DNA of 64,000 nucleotides. It comes from a virus. Lineage: Duplodnaviria > Caudoviricetes. The notes beneath the pieces are model-generated. The model searched no databases. It saw only the letters and a program-made list of their open reading frames with translations, and was not told the DNA's origin. Positions 17,368 to 26,063 of the stretch are shown piece after piece. The translations under genes were made by a program, and so were the position numbers. Numbering within the stretch: the stretch's first letter is position 1; each line of letters begins with the position of its first letter. The stretch spans positions 80,876 to 144,875 of IMG/VR virus record IMGVR_UViG_3300026549_000040. One strand, given 5' to 3'.

Positions 17368-19536
17368 ATGGAAAGAATTATAATCAGAGAAGAAGATAAT
17401 ACTTCGAATGTTGAACAATTATCTTCATATGATGTTGTGTACGTTCCAGGTTTTTCTGATGATTTAAGTGACAAGAATCTTTTTAGAACACCAACACTTG
17501 TTACATCTAAGTATAAATTTGTAAGCTTATATGGTGGTAATTGTCCTACATTTGATATTCCACAGGATTGGCCTGAAGCTACAGCTACTACTGAAGGTTT
17601 TCCATCTTATGCGATTCCAAATTATTCAGACTTAGTTGTAGATAATTCACCTATAGTATTAGATTCATTTGTAGACATAGATACAGGATCTGATTTTGCA
17701 AGTTACTTTACTAGAGTAAATATTGTAGCAGGAGAAGCTCAAACAGACTTTGTACCAGTTGATAATTTAAATTATTTTATCGCTGAAAGAGCTGTTGGAT
17801 CTGAAGGAAGTTATACTGTTTCTTATACAGATTTACCAAGAGATACGAATCCTGAAACAGGTGAACCGTATACATATATAGAAATGTATGGTACAGATGG
17901 TAGATATTGGAAAACATATAGCGATGAAGAAGATGAAGAAGGTACTGTAACTAAGCAAGGTTGTGTATGTGTTTCTAGTGTAGATCCGTATGAGAATCGT
18001 TGGTACGAAAATATAGGTACTACAGATGCTCCATATTATAGAGTTTCTGGTGATAGACAAATATCTTATGTAACTCCACAAGATGGTGGTGATAGAGTTA
18101 TGAAAGCTTATTATGAAGCTTCAAAGAGTACTCCACCAATGTTTGATGCTGGAGATAGAGACCCAGGTTATAGATACGCATTATATTTATTATCTTTAGG
18201 TATTCCTGTTTATTATGAATGTATGAATTGTGGTTCTCATTGGGAAGAAGTTGAAGTATTATATAGTGATTTTAATACTGCAATGATCTTATATGGAGAC
18301 ATTCCTGAAGGTAATACTAATGATGATGAGACAGCTACAAAGGTAATAAGTCCATATAGACAAGGTTGGTATTATTACGATGGGCCAAGCAATAGTTATA
18401 AGAAAGCTGGTGAAGATGCACCTGTGTATGCTACTGCAGATGATGTATCTAGAGGTGGTACTACTACTTGGTACAAAGGTGCTGACATGAGTCTGGAAAG
18501 TATGTATACAGGCCTAAAGAAAAGATTTATGACAGATCCTACAACGCCTGATTACTCATTTGATAGTATGGGTGACTACTCTATTAAATATATGACAACA
18601 GGTGGATATCCAGTATTTGAATATGGTATGGCAACAGAAAATGCTTCCGATACAGGAGATGTTACTTCTGGTTTAGCTTTTGCTATGATGGATTTATGTC
18701 AAAAACGTGGTGATGCAATTGCTCTTATAGATCATACAGATAATCCAGATAGAACTATATATAATGAAGATGAATTATCTGTAAGTAGTGTAGCAAGAAG
18801 AGACTTTATGAATATAGATGATAAGGTTGCTTCTCATGGTGCTATGTTCACACCTTGGTATCATTGCACACATGCAACTATAGCTGGTGAAACAACTGAT
18901 GCAAATAGCTCAGATTTAATGCCTGCTTCATTAGCATACCTAAGCAGTTTAGCTATACAACTTAGAAATTATAATCCATGGTTAGCAGTATCTGGTGTTA
19001 CTAGAGGTAAAGTTCCATACTTTGGTGGTCTTCATACTAATTACACGTTAACTAATAATGTAGCTGACTCATATCAATATGTTCCAAGTGGAATAGCTAC
19101 TGATGAAGCTCTTGTTTCAATTAACCCAATAACATACATAAGACAATATGGATATTGTATCTGGGGTAATAGAACTTTAAGAAATAATAAGTTAGGTACA
19201 AAAGCAACGTCCTTCTTAAATATTAGAAACTTAGTTTCAGATATTAAGAAAGTATTGTATGAAACTTCTCAACAGTTATTATTCGAACAGAATACGGATA
19301 TACTGTGGATCAACTTTAAGTCAAAAGTAACTCCGTTGTTAGATACTATGGTTTCTAACTATATATTAAGTGATTATAAACTAACTAAATTTAATATTGA
19401 TCCAGATTCAGGTGAGCCAGTACCAGCATATATGGTATTAGCTAACTTAAAGATTATGCCAATAAATTCTGTAGAAGTATTTGACTTAACAATACAGTTA
19501 GAAAATAACGAAGTAGAAGTTTCGGAAGAAGAATAA
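17368..19536 (+). CDS. Tail sheath protein
   Basis: RGDAIALID, MFTPW, MPAS, PWLAVSG..RG, INPI, IWGNRTL, LNIR.L, LLFEQN. Confidence 0.9.
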   Translation: MERIIIREEDNTSNVEQLSSYDVVYVPGFSDDLSDKNLFRTPTLVTSKYKFVSLYGGNCPTFDIPQDWPEATATTEGFPSYAIPNYSDLVVDNSPIVLDSFVDIDTGSDFASYFTRVNIVAGEAQTDFVPVDNLNYFIAERAVGSEGSYTVSYTDLPRDTNPETGEPYTYIEMYGTDGRYWKTYSDEEDEEGTVTKQGCVCVSSVDPYENRWYENIGTTDAPYYRVSGDRQISYVTPQDGGDRVMKAYYEASKSTPPMFDAGDRDPGYRYALYLLSLGIPVYYECMNCGSHWEEVEVLYSDFNTAMILYGDIPEGNTNDDETATKVISPYRQGWYYYDGPSNSYKKAGEDAPVYATADDVSRGGTTTWYKGADMSLESMYTGLKKRFMTDPTTPDYSFDSMGDYSIKYMTTGGYPVFEYGMATENASDTGDVTSGLAFAMMDLCQKRGDAIALIDHTDNPDRTIYNEDELSVSSVARRDFMNIDDKVASHGAMFTPWYHCTHATIAGETTDANSSDLMPASLAYLSSLAIQLRNYNPWLAVSGVTRGKVPYFGGLHTNYTLTNNVADSYQYVPSGIATDEALVSINPITYIRQYGYCIWGNRTLRNNKLGTKATSFLNIRNLVSDIKKVLYETSQQLLFEQNTDILWINFKSKVTPLLDTMVSNYILSDYKLTKFNIDPDSGEPVPAYMVLANLKIMPINSVEVFDLTIQLENNEVEVSEEE

Positions 19537-19556
19537 TTAAGGAGAGGAAATAAATA

Positions 19557-20129
19557 ATGCCAATTAGACCAGATCAAGGTGCTTATCATTTCTCTGCTGA
19601 GAAACAAATATACGAAATTCAAAGAGGAAATAACTTTGAAGTAGTACTTAATACTGATTTTATAAATCGGTTAACTGCTTTAGGAAGCCCAGCTACTTCA
19701 TTCCCAAAAGCACAGGATTATATTAGAATTTCTGTTGCTTCTTTCTCAGTACCACATTTTTCACAAAACCCAATAGAAGTTAGAAGAGGTAATACTTCTG
19801 TAAAATATGCAGGTGTAATGTCCTTCAATTCAGGGTCACTTCAGTGCTATGATTTTATTGGTACTAGAACTAAAGATATATTAATGGCTTGGCAGGCTAG
19901 ATCGGGTAATCCATTAGATCAAACAGTAGGATTACAAGCACAATATAAGACAGATTGTACTTTATTAGAGTACCCACCAGACTACAGTAGAATAGTAAGA
20001 ACGTGGAAACTTGAAGGATGTTGGATATCTGAAATATCAGAACCAGAGTATTCAGCAGATTCTAATGATGCAAGAAGAATATCTGTTACTATACAGTATG
20101 ATAGAGCATATCCTGTATATGATGTATGA
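19557..20129 (+). CDS. Tail tube protein (T4 gp19-like)
   Basis: Follows the sheath; VKYAG, W..., RTWKLEGCWISEI, ISVTIQYDRA. Confidence 0.85.
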   Translation: MPIRPDQGAYHFSAEKQIYEIQRGNNFEVVLNTDFINRLTALGSPATSFPKAQDYIRISVASFSVPHFSQNPIEVRRGNTSVKYAGVMSFNSGSLQCYDFIGTRTKDILMAWQARSGNPLDQTVGLQAQYKTDCTLLEYPPDYSRIVRTWKLEGCWISEISEPEYSADSNDARRISVTIQYDRAYPVYDV

Positions 20130-20133
20130 TTTA

Positions 20134-20165
20134 TAGTGGGCTGGTTGTAACTAATCAGCCCACTA
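20134..20165 (+). terminator. Strong hairpin after the tube gene (no U tail)
   Basis: TAGTGGGCTGGTT-GTAACT-AATCAGCCCACTA, 13-bp stem with one G-U pair. Confidence 0.6.
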
Positions 20166-20185
20166 ATATTAGAAAAGTATTAAAA

Positions 20186-21130
20186 TTGAAAAATTTATTA
20201 TTAGAGGATAAAAGAAGTCAGTTATTATCCAGATCTAAAACTGGAGATCCGTATGTACCTTGGAATCAGTTCCGGGGTAAGAACAGATACCAAAGAAGAT
20301 TATATTCTAGATTAGCCTCATCTGTTAAAAATTTTAATTCTATTGATATGAATAAACTTTTTAAAGATGATATATTAGATGTAGACATTGATGTTAAAGG
20401 TGAAACAAATGTTTATGTCGTTAGAATTTCTTTTGGTGGTTTTCTGGATGAATTGCATAACTTCTTAAAAACACAAGAATTAAATAGAAAAATAATTGCT
20501 AAGGCTTTATCAAAGGCTTTTAATGGAGATCAGGTATATATAAACTGCACATGTCCAGATTTTAGATATAGAGGTAAATATTGGGCAACTAAGAATAATA
20601 TTCTTATAGGTGCTCCTGAGACAAGACCTTCTAATATAACAAATCCAAATGATACAAAAGGTCCTGGATGTAAGCATATTACATTAGCTTTAAGTGATAG
20701 CTCTTGGCTAGTAAAAGTAAGTTCTGTTATATATAACTATATAGAATATATGAAAGAGCATGATGAAAGGCTTTATCAAAAATATATATATCCAGCTATT
20801 TATCAAAAACCGTATGAAGCAGATGAGATACAATTAGATATGACAGATATTGATAATAGAGGATTAGATATAAGATTTAGTGAGTATCAGGAATTAGTAG
20901 ATGATGATATGGCTAGATATGGTAAAGTAACTAACACTACAAAAGAATTGATAGCCGATGCAGGATTATATATCGAAGAAACAGATAAAGGGCCAGTAGT
21001 ATCTGGAAGTACCTTATCAAAAGCAAATAAAGCAGCTGTGGAACGTGGTAGATTTAAAAAAGATAATGAATATAGGTTTACAAAACCTAATAAGGAATTT
21101 GAAGACCAAGTAGAAATGGAATTAGATTAA
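20186..21130 (+). CDS. SWIM-type Zn-finger protein
   Basis: CTCPDF...GCKHI; start placed at in-frame TTG 20186, beyond the hairpin (ORF track starts 20126). Confidence 0.65.
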   Translation: MKNLLLEDKRSQLLSRSKTGDPYVPWNQFRGKNRYQRRLYSRLASSVKNFNSIDMNKLFKDDILDVDIDVKGETNVYVVRISFGGFLDELHNFLKTQELNRKIIAKALSKAFNGDQVYINCTCPDFRYRGKYWATKNNILIGAPETRPSNITNPNDTKGPGCKHITLALSDSSWLVKVSSVIYNYIEYMKEHDERLYQKYIYPAIYQKPYEADEIQLDMTDIDNRGLDIRFSEYQELVDDDMARYGKVTNTTKELIADAGLYIEETDKGPVVSGSTLSKANKAAVERGRFKKDNEYRFTKPNKEFEDQVEMELD

Positions 21131-21131
21131 A

Positions 21132-21932
21132 ATGAAATTACAAGAATTTACAGATAGATTATATGACATGGGTGGCATAGAACAAAATGGAAAAAGAAGA
21201 ATACTAACAGAAGCAAGAAATCCTGAAAATGATGAAGTAAATGCAGTTATAAGGAAGTGGGCTAATTCTAGTAGAAATAGATTATCTAAACGTGACCAAA
21301 AAATATTAGCGGATAATGGTATTTCATTAGAAGATATGACCGGTGAATATCAGAAAAAAGAATTATCAGGTCCAGGAAGGTCAACCGGAGTTTCAGGATC
21401 TTATCCTCAAGTTCTATCGAAAGAAGAAGTGAAAAGTTACCATCCAGATGCAGATTTATTAGGTGTTTTAAGCAAAGACAGAGATAGGGAAGAGGTTGAA
21501 TATGATTATCCTGATTATAAGCATGGGGACCATAGAATAACCGATTCTGATAAATCACATTGGTTAACATCAGGAAAGACTAAAAAGGGTGCTAAAGTTA
21601 AGATGCCTACAAAAAGTCAGATGGATGCTTTACAACCTTATAGAAAAGAAAAAGATGAGCTCAAGAGAGCAAAGAAAGAGTATGAAAAGCAGCGGGAAAG
21701 AATAAAGGATAGGGCAGAATATAAGAGATGGAAGAGAAAGAATGAATCATTAAACTTAAATGAATCTAAGCAAGGATTAGTAGATTATTTTAATGAATTA
21801 ATGTCTACTTTTGGTGTAAAGCCTTATGAACAAGTAGATTACCTATTGGGTTATATGAATGAAAGTGAATTATTAGATGCTATAGATGATTTTAAGGAAT
21901 ATATGGATATAGATGATGAAGATATAATGTAA
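21132..21932 (+). CDS. Putative internal virion protein (LxE-bounded modules)
   Basis: LQE, ILTEA and NESLNLNES sites. Confidence 0.6.
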   Translation: MKLQEFTDRLYDMGGIEQNGKRRILTEARNPENDEVNAVIRKWANSSRNRLSKRDQKILADNGISLEDMTGEYQKKELSGPGRSTGVSGSYPQVLSKEEVKSYHPDADLLGVLSKDRDREEVEYDYPDYKHGDHRITDSDKSHWLTSGKTKKGAKVKMPTKSQMDALQPYRKEKDELKRAKKEYEKQRERIKDRAEYKRWKRKNESLNLNESKQGLVDYFNELMSTFGVKPYEQVDYLLGYMNESELLDAIDDFKEYMDIDDEDIM

Positions 21933-21951
21933 AATTATTATAAATCATTTG

Positions 21952-21974
21952 AATTTATTGCTAAATTATATATA
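21952..21974 (+). promoter_or_regulatory. Putative phage late-promoter motif, copy 2
   Basis: AATTTATTGCTAAATTATATATA. Confidence 0.6.
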
Positions 21975-22116
21975 AAAACTGAAAAATAGAATCTCAATAG
22001 ATAACTAAATAGATGAATAAAATAGAGATAACTTATGATTGATAATATATAATATGAGATTCAGTTGAGATTATTAAAGTCAACATGAACCTATTTGTTT
22101 TGTGTTGACTTTTTTT
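21975..22116 (+). ncRNA. Candidate ~140-nt sRNA or attenuator leader
   Basis: Bounded by the promoter motif and a terminator; GAATCTCA (21989-96) can pair with TGAGATTC (22055-62); no plausible ORF. Confidence 0.35.
22076..22116 (+). terminator. Intrinsic terminator
   Basis: AAAGTCAACATGAAC-CTATTT-GTTTTGTGTTGACTTT followed by a T run. Confidence 0.7.
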
Positions 22117-22141
22117 ATTATAAAATACGGAAATAAAAAGA

Positions 22142-22525
22142 ATGACTGATAAAACAGATTTACAGAAGTTTATAGAGTGGTGTAGAAGCTACACAGATAT
22201 GCCTGAATCTCTTAAGAACAGTATGCTTCAAGATGCACTTGAAGAAATAAAGCAGCATGGATTTGATAATCTAAGCTCCAATATATATTTAAGACTAATT
22301 TCATTCTATACGTGCAAGTTATTAGACGATAAATCTACATCTAAGTATGTCCCATCTTTACTAAATAATTCTAATATTGATATGTCCTCATTAGATACTA
22401 TGTATAAGAATACTGCAGGCTTGAGAGAATTATCAAAATCATTGATAAAATTTAATAAGGGCTATAAGACAGCAGATGGAGAATACTTAAAATACTTGCA
22501 AAGACTTATAAATGATGGTGTATAG
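22142..22525 (+). CDS. Hypothetical protein
   Basis: 127-aa ORF. Confidence 0.65.
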   Translation: MTDKTDLQKFIEWCRSYTDMPESLKNSMLQDALEEIKQHGFDNLSSNIYLRLISFYTCKLLDDKSTSKYVPSLLNNSNIDMSSLDTMYKNTAGLRELSKSLIKFNKGYKTADGEYLKYLQRLINDGV

Positions 22526-22563
22526 TATATTATAAATAATAACTAGAGGAGAAATGATAATAA

Positions 22564-23322
22564 ATGGAAAATGCAAGAATAGTAGAAGAAATATGTTTAC
22601 CTTCAAAAGGACTAATTTATGAAGAAGAAGTTAATCCTAATATTGAATTAAGTAGTATGAAAACAAAGCATGAAATGCTTAGATTATCTGCTACAGAAGA
22701 CAGTCAAAAGGTTATGTCTAAAATAGTAGATGATTGTATCGTATCTGATATGGGAATAAGTTCTTATGATTTATGTTTAGGAGATTTTCAATATCTTCTT
22801 TATAAATTAAGAGTTGTTACGTTTGGTCCAGATTATGAAATGCAGGCAAAATGCCCGTACTGTAATTTTGAAAATACCCTTAAACTAAATATTGATGAAT
22901 TAGAAGTTAATGAATATGATGATTCTTTACTTGATTTATTAGAAATGGATCTTCCTATTAGTGGTAATCATATTAAATTAACTATGCAAACTCCAAGGAT
23001 GATCGATAGAATAAATTCAAGGATAAGGGAACATAATAAAAGAAGAAAAACTACTAATGAAAATTTAACTGTTCTATATACTATAATGGCAAGTCTAGAA
23101 GAAATTGATGGTGAACCAGTTGAAGTATCTACATTAGAAAATTGGATTAGAGAATTACCACTGGCTGACTCTAATGCAATATTATATAGAATAGATGAAA
23201 TAAATAGTTCAATAGGTGTAGAGATAGATTCAGTTGCAACTTGTGGGGTTTGTGGGTCCTCATTTATTGCCCCCTTTCGTGTCAACGACTCATTTTTTAG
23301 ACCTAATCCTTCCATCAGGTAG
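22564..23322 (+). CDS. Tail/baseplate-hub assembly chaperone (T4 gp26/gp51-like)
   Basis: LPSKG.Y start, CPYC and CGVC Zn pairs, FF near the C-terminus; upstream of the tape measure. Confidence 0.75.
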   Translation: MENARIVEEICLPSKGLIYEEEVNPNIELSSMKTKHEMLRLSATEDSQKVMSKIVDDCIVSDMGISSYDLCLGDFQYLLYKLRVVTFGPDYEMQAKCPYCNFENTLKLNIDELEVNEYDDSLLDLLEMDLPISGNHIKLTMQTPRMIDRINSRIREHNKRRKTTNENLTVLYTIMASLEEIDGEPVEVSTLENWIRELPLADSNAILYRIDEINSSIGVEIDSVATCGVCGSSFIAPFRVNDSFFRPNPSIR

Positions 23323-23506
23323 ATATAAATCCGTTATGCTTGAGAACTTAACAAAAGAAAAGTATGTAATATCAAGAAAACTACATACATCATTTCTTGA
23401 TTTAGATGAGATAACTCCTATAGAAAGGAAGATGATATTAAAATTTATCACAGAAGATTTACAAGAACAAAGTGAAGCCATGCAAAAAGCTAGAAAAGGC
23501 TCTTAA
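23294..23506 (+). CDS. gp51-like C-terminal extension, reached by +1 frameshift or from ATG 23336
   Basis: DEITPIERKMILKFI resembles the T4 gp51 C-terminus (MIPAERGFVLKLI, recalled from memory); overlaps the chaperone in the +1 frame at TTTTTTA. Confidence 0.6.
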   Translation, partial: FLDLILPSGRYKSVMLENLTKEKYVISRKLHTSFLDLDEITPIERKMILKFITEDLQEQSEAMQKARKGS

Positions 23507-26055
23507 TGTCAGATGTCAACAAAAATGAAGATAAAACAGTATTAATAAATGAGATGCCTACGGATAAATTGGTTGAGGCTCTTAGAAAAGCTTCTAAAGA
23601 AGAAGACGAGTATATCCGTAAGTATAAAGAAGAGCAAACAACTAAGCTAGTAAAGCTTATTCAAAATGCAAAAAAGCATAGAGATGCTTTACAAAAAGCC
23701 AAAGCACAATTAAAATCCATGAAACCGTCTGATGAAAACTATGAAGATTTTAAGAATCAGATAGAAGAATTACAGCGTGTTTCTAATGGTGCTGAAAAAG
23801 AGAGAGACTCTTTTATGAAGGCATTAAGAGAGTCAAATCAGCAAAATATAATTAATCAAGCAAAAGAAGCAGCTGCTACAAGTCGTATGAAGGCTGCTAT
23901 GGAAAAGTCAAAGGAAAGTCTTGACAAAGCTAATGAAGATTTAGCTAGAGCAGAATACGAACAATTTTGGCAAGAAGCATTAGATGATAGAGATGGCAGT
24001 ACAGCTCAACAAAAGGAACATTTAGAACGCTCCAGACAAAAAACTGAAAAAGCTAGGCAAGAAAAAAATAAAGCAGAGGAATCTTATATTAGAACTTCTA
24101 ATCCTTCTAATTATGAAGATGAAGATTTAGAGAAAAAAATTGCAAAAGCTATGGGCTCTATGCCGACTTTACTTCAAAATATAGCAGAAGGACTATTTAG
24201 TAAGGAACATACTTCCGAATCAGGTAAGATAGCAGCTACTCTAAGTGAAAAATTATCAGATTCAAGCCCTCTTGGAAAAATTGGTTCAGCATCACTTAAA
24301 GTATTAGGAAAAATTCTTGACGTTGCAATGGCTGCAAGAAAAACATTAGATGGTTATGTTGATGATGCTGCAAATGTATTAGCACTTAATGTAGGTAAAA
24401 TAAATGCAGCTTTAGAGGGAACAGGAAAAACTTATAAAAGTGCTTTATCAGAAGCAGTAGAAGGTTTAGGTATAAATAGATTTGTAAGACAAACAGATTA
24501 CTTAGCACAAATAGCAAATCTTACAACTCAAGGTGTAACCTTTAATGTAGAGCAACGTGCGTTATTAGAAACAATTAAAGATAAAACAATAAATTCATTT
24601 AGTTCTTTAGATGCTAATATATTAAGATTAGTTCGGTTAACAGAAGCAGATGTTACTGCTAACCAATTTGGATTAGAAGTTGCACTAAGAAATACTTTAA
24701 ATAAAGTGTTTAAAGATTCAACTTATTTACAAGGTATATATGATTCAATATCAAGTGCTATAACAGATGCTGTCATGATATCCGGTAGATCAGATATTAC
24801 TCAATACAGTTCAGTAGCACAAACTTGGATGGGTGCTATGTATGAATCAGGTATAGATTCAAGTACTGTAAATAAGTTTGCTAATGCTATAAACTATTTA
24901 GGTTCTGGTAATGTGCAAGGTTTATCTTCAGATGCAGATATGCAAAGATTAATATTATTAAGTATGGATACTATAGGTATGGACTATGCTGATATATTAC
25001 AACAAGGTTTATCTGCTTCTGATATAACTAAACTTATGGCTGCTATGGTAGATTACTTATCACAAATAGCAAAGAGTACAAAAGATAATAATGTACTACA
25101 ATCATCATATACTCAATTATTTGGTATGAGCATGTCAGATTTACAAGGATTCAAAAACCTACAATCCAAAATGAATGCTCTACAATACGTTACAAATGCT
25201 AGCTCACTTAAAGTAGTAGAACAAGAATTAGCAAGATATCAATCAGATGAAAGAGTAATGATAAATGAGCAGATTGCTAATGTATTTGATAATGCTAAAT
25301 TTATTTATGGTAGTGATATAGCAGAGGATGCTTCACAATATATTGCTTGGAAAACAACAAATCTTATATTAGATATAACAAGTGCAGTACTTTCGAATCC
25401 ATCATTATCAACAGGAGCAATAGGTAAAGCATTTTCAAAAGGTGTTGGTGCTATAGGTGTTGGTGCTGAAATTGCATTATTCTTACAAACTTTACATCCA
25501 TTTTTAGAAACTATGAAAGGTTTACCTGCAGCATTTAAGAGTGGAGAAAATGGTATTTTACAAAGTTATATAACTGGCCCTGCTACTATGGGGGGTACTT
25601 CTGCTAGTAGTGGTGCAGCAGTAACTACATCTTCTAATACAATAAAAACTACTAATGCTAGTGCACTTGCTTCTATACGAGGTGATACTTATAACACTGA
25701 AATTAAAAAATTCAAAGATGTAGATTGGTATCATCCAGAAGAAGAAAAGAATGAAACATTAGAAGAAATTAAGAAGATAACTGCAACAATAGTTGAGTCT
25801 AAAGAAGCTAAGAAAGCATTAGCCACTTATCTTGTTGGAATGACAGATGATACATTAAGATCATTTGCGTCTATATTTGCTGATGAAAATGCTATGCAAG
25901 ATACTTTCCAAGGTAAGAATAAAACACTTCAAGCTAACCTCTTTAACTTTGCTGATGATAAAACAAGTAATAGCAGTAAAAAAACTACTAAAACTACTGC
26001 AAATAAATCTAAAACTTCATCAAACACTGTTTCTGGTAATATAAAAACAACATAG
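23506..26055 (+). CDS. Tape measure protein
   Basis: 849 aa, A/K/E-rich coiled coil, directly after the chaperone pair. Confidence 0.75.
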   Translation: MSDVNKNEDKTVLINEMPTDKLVEALRKASKEEDEYIRKYKEEQTTKLVKLIQNAKKHRDALQKAKAQLKSMKPSDENYEDFKNQIEELQRVSNGAEKERDSFMKALRESNQQNIINQAKEAAATSRMKAAMEKSKESLDKANEDLARAEYEQFWQEALDDRDGSTAQQKEHLERSRQKTEKARQEKNKAEESYIRTSNPSNYEDEDLEKKIAKAMGSMPTLLQNIAEGLFSKEHTSESGKIAATLSEKLSDSSPLGKIGSASLKVLGKILDVAMAARKTLDGYVDDAANVLALNVGKINAALEGTGKTYKSALSEAVEGLGINRFVRQTDYLAQIANLTTQGVTFNVEQRALLETIKDKTINSFSSLDANILRLVRLTEADVTANQFGLEVALRNTLNKVFKDSTYLQGIYDSISSAITDAVMISGRSDITQYSSVAQTWMGAMYESGIDSSTVNKFANAINYLGSGNVQGLSSDADMQRLILLSMDTIGMDYADILQQGLSASDITKLMAAMVDYLSQIAKSTKDNNVLQSSYTQLFGMSMSDLQGFKNLQSKMNALQYVTNASSLKVVEQELARYQSDERVMINEQIANVFDNAKFIYGSDIAEDASQYIAWKTTNLILDITSAVLSNPSLSTGAIGKAFSKGVGAIGVGAEIALFLQTLHPFLETMKGLPAAFKSGENGILQSYITGPATMGGTSASSGAAVTTSSNTIKTTNASALASIRGDTYNTEIKKFKDVDWYHPEEEKNETLEEIKKITATIVESKEAKKALATYLVGMTDDTLRSFASIFADENAMQDTFQGKNKTLQANLFNFADDKTSNSSKKTTKTTANKSKTSSNTVSGNIKTT

Positions 26056-26063
26056 GTTATTAA

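Noticed and set aside
22105-22126. TTGACT...TAAAAT as a sigmaA promoter
   Set aside because: Spacer is only 10 nt; TTGACT is part of the terminator arm.
22531-22538. TATAAATA (T4 late promoter) before the chaperone gene
   Set aside because: An all-AT octamer is expected by chance here, and a longer motif explains the late blocks better.
23292-23300. Classical -1 frameshift at the chaperone slippery run
   Set aside because: The -1 frame reaches TAG immediately; only the +1 frame continues.
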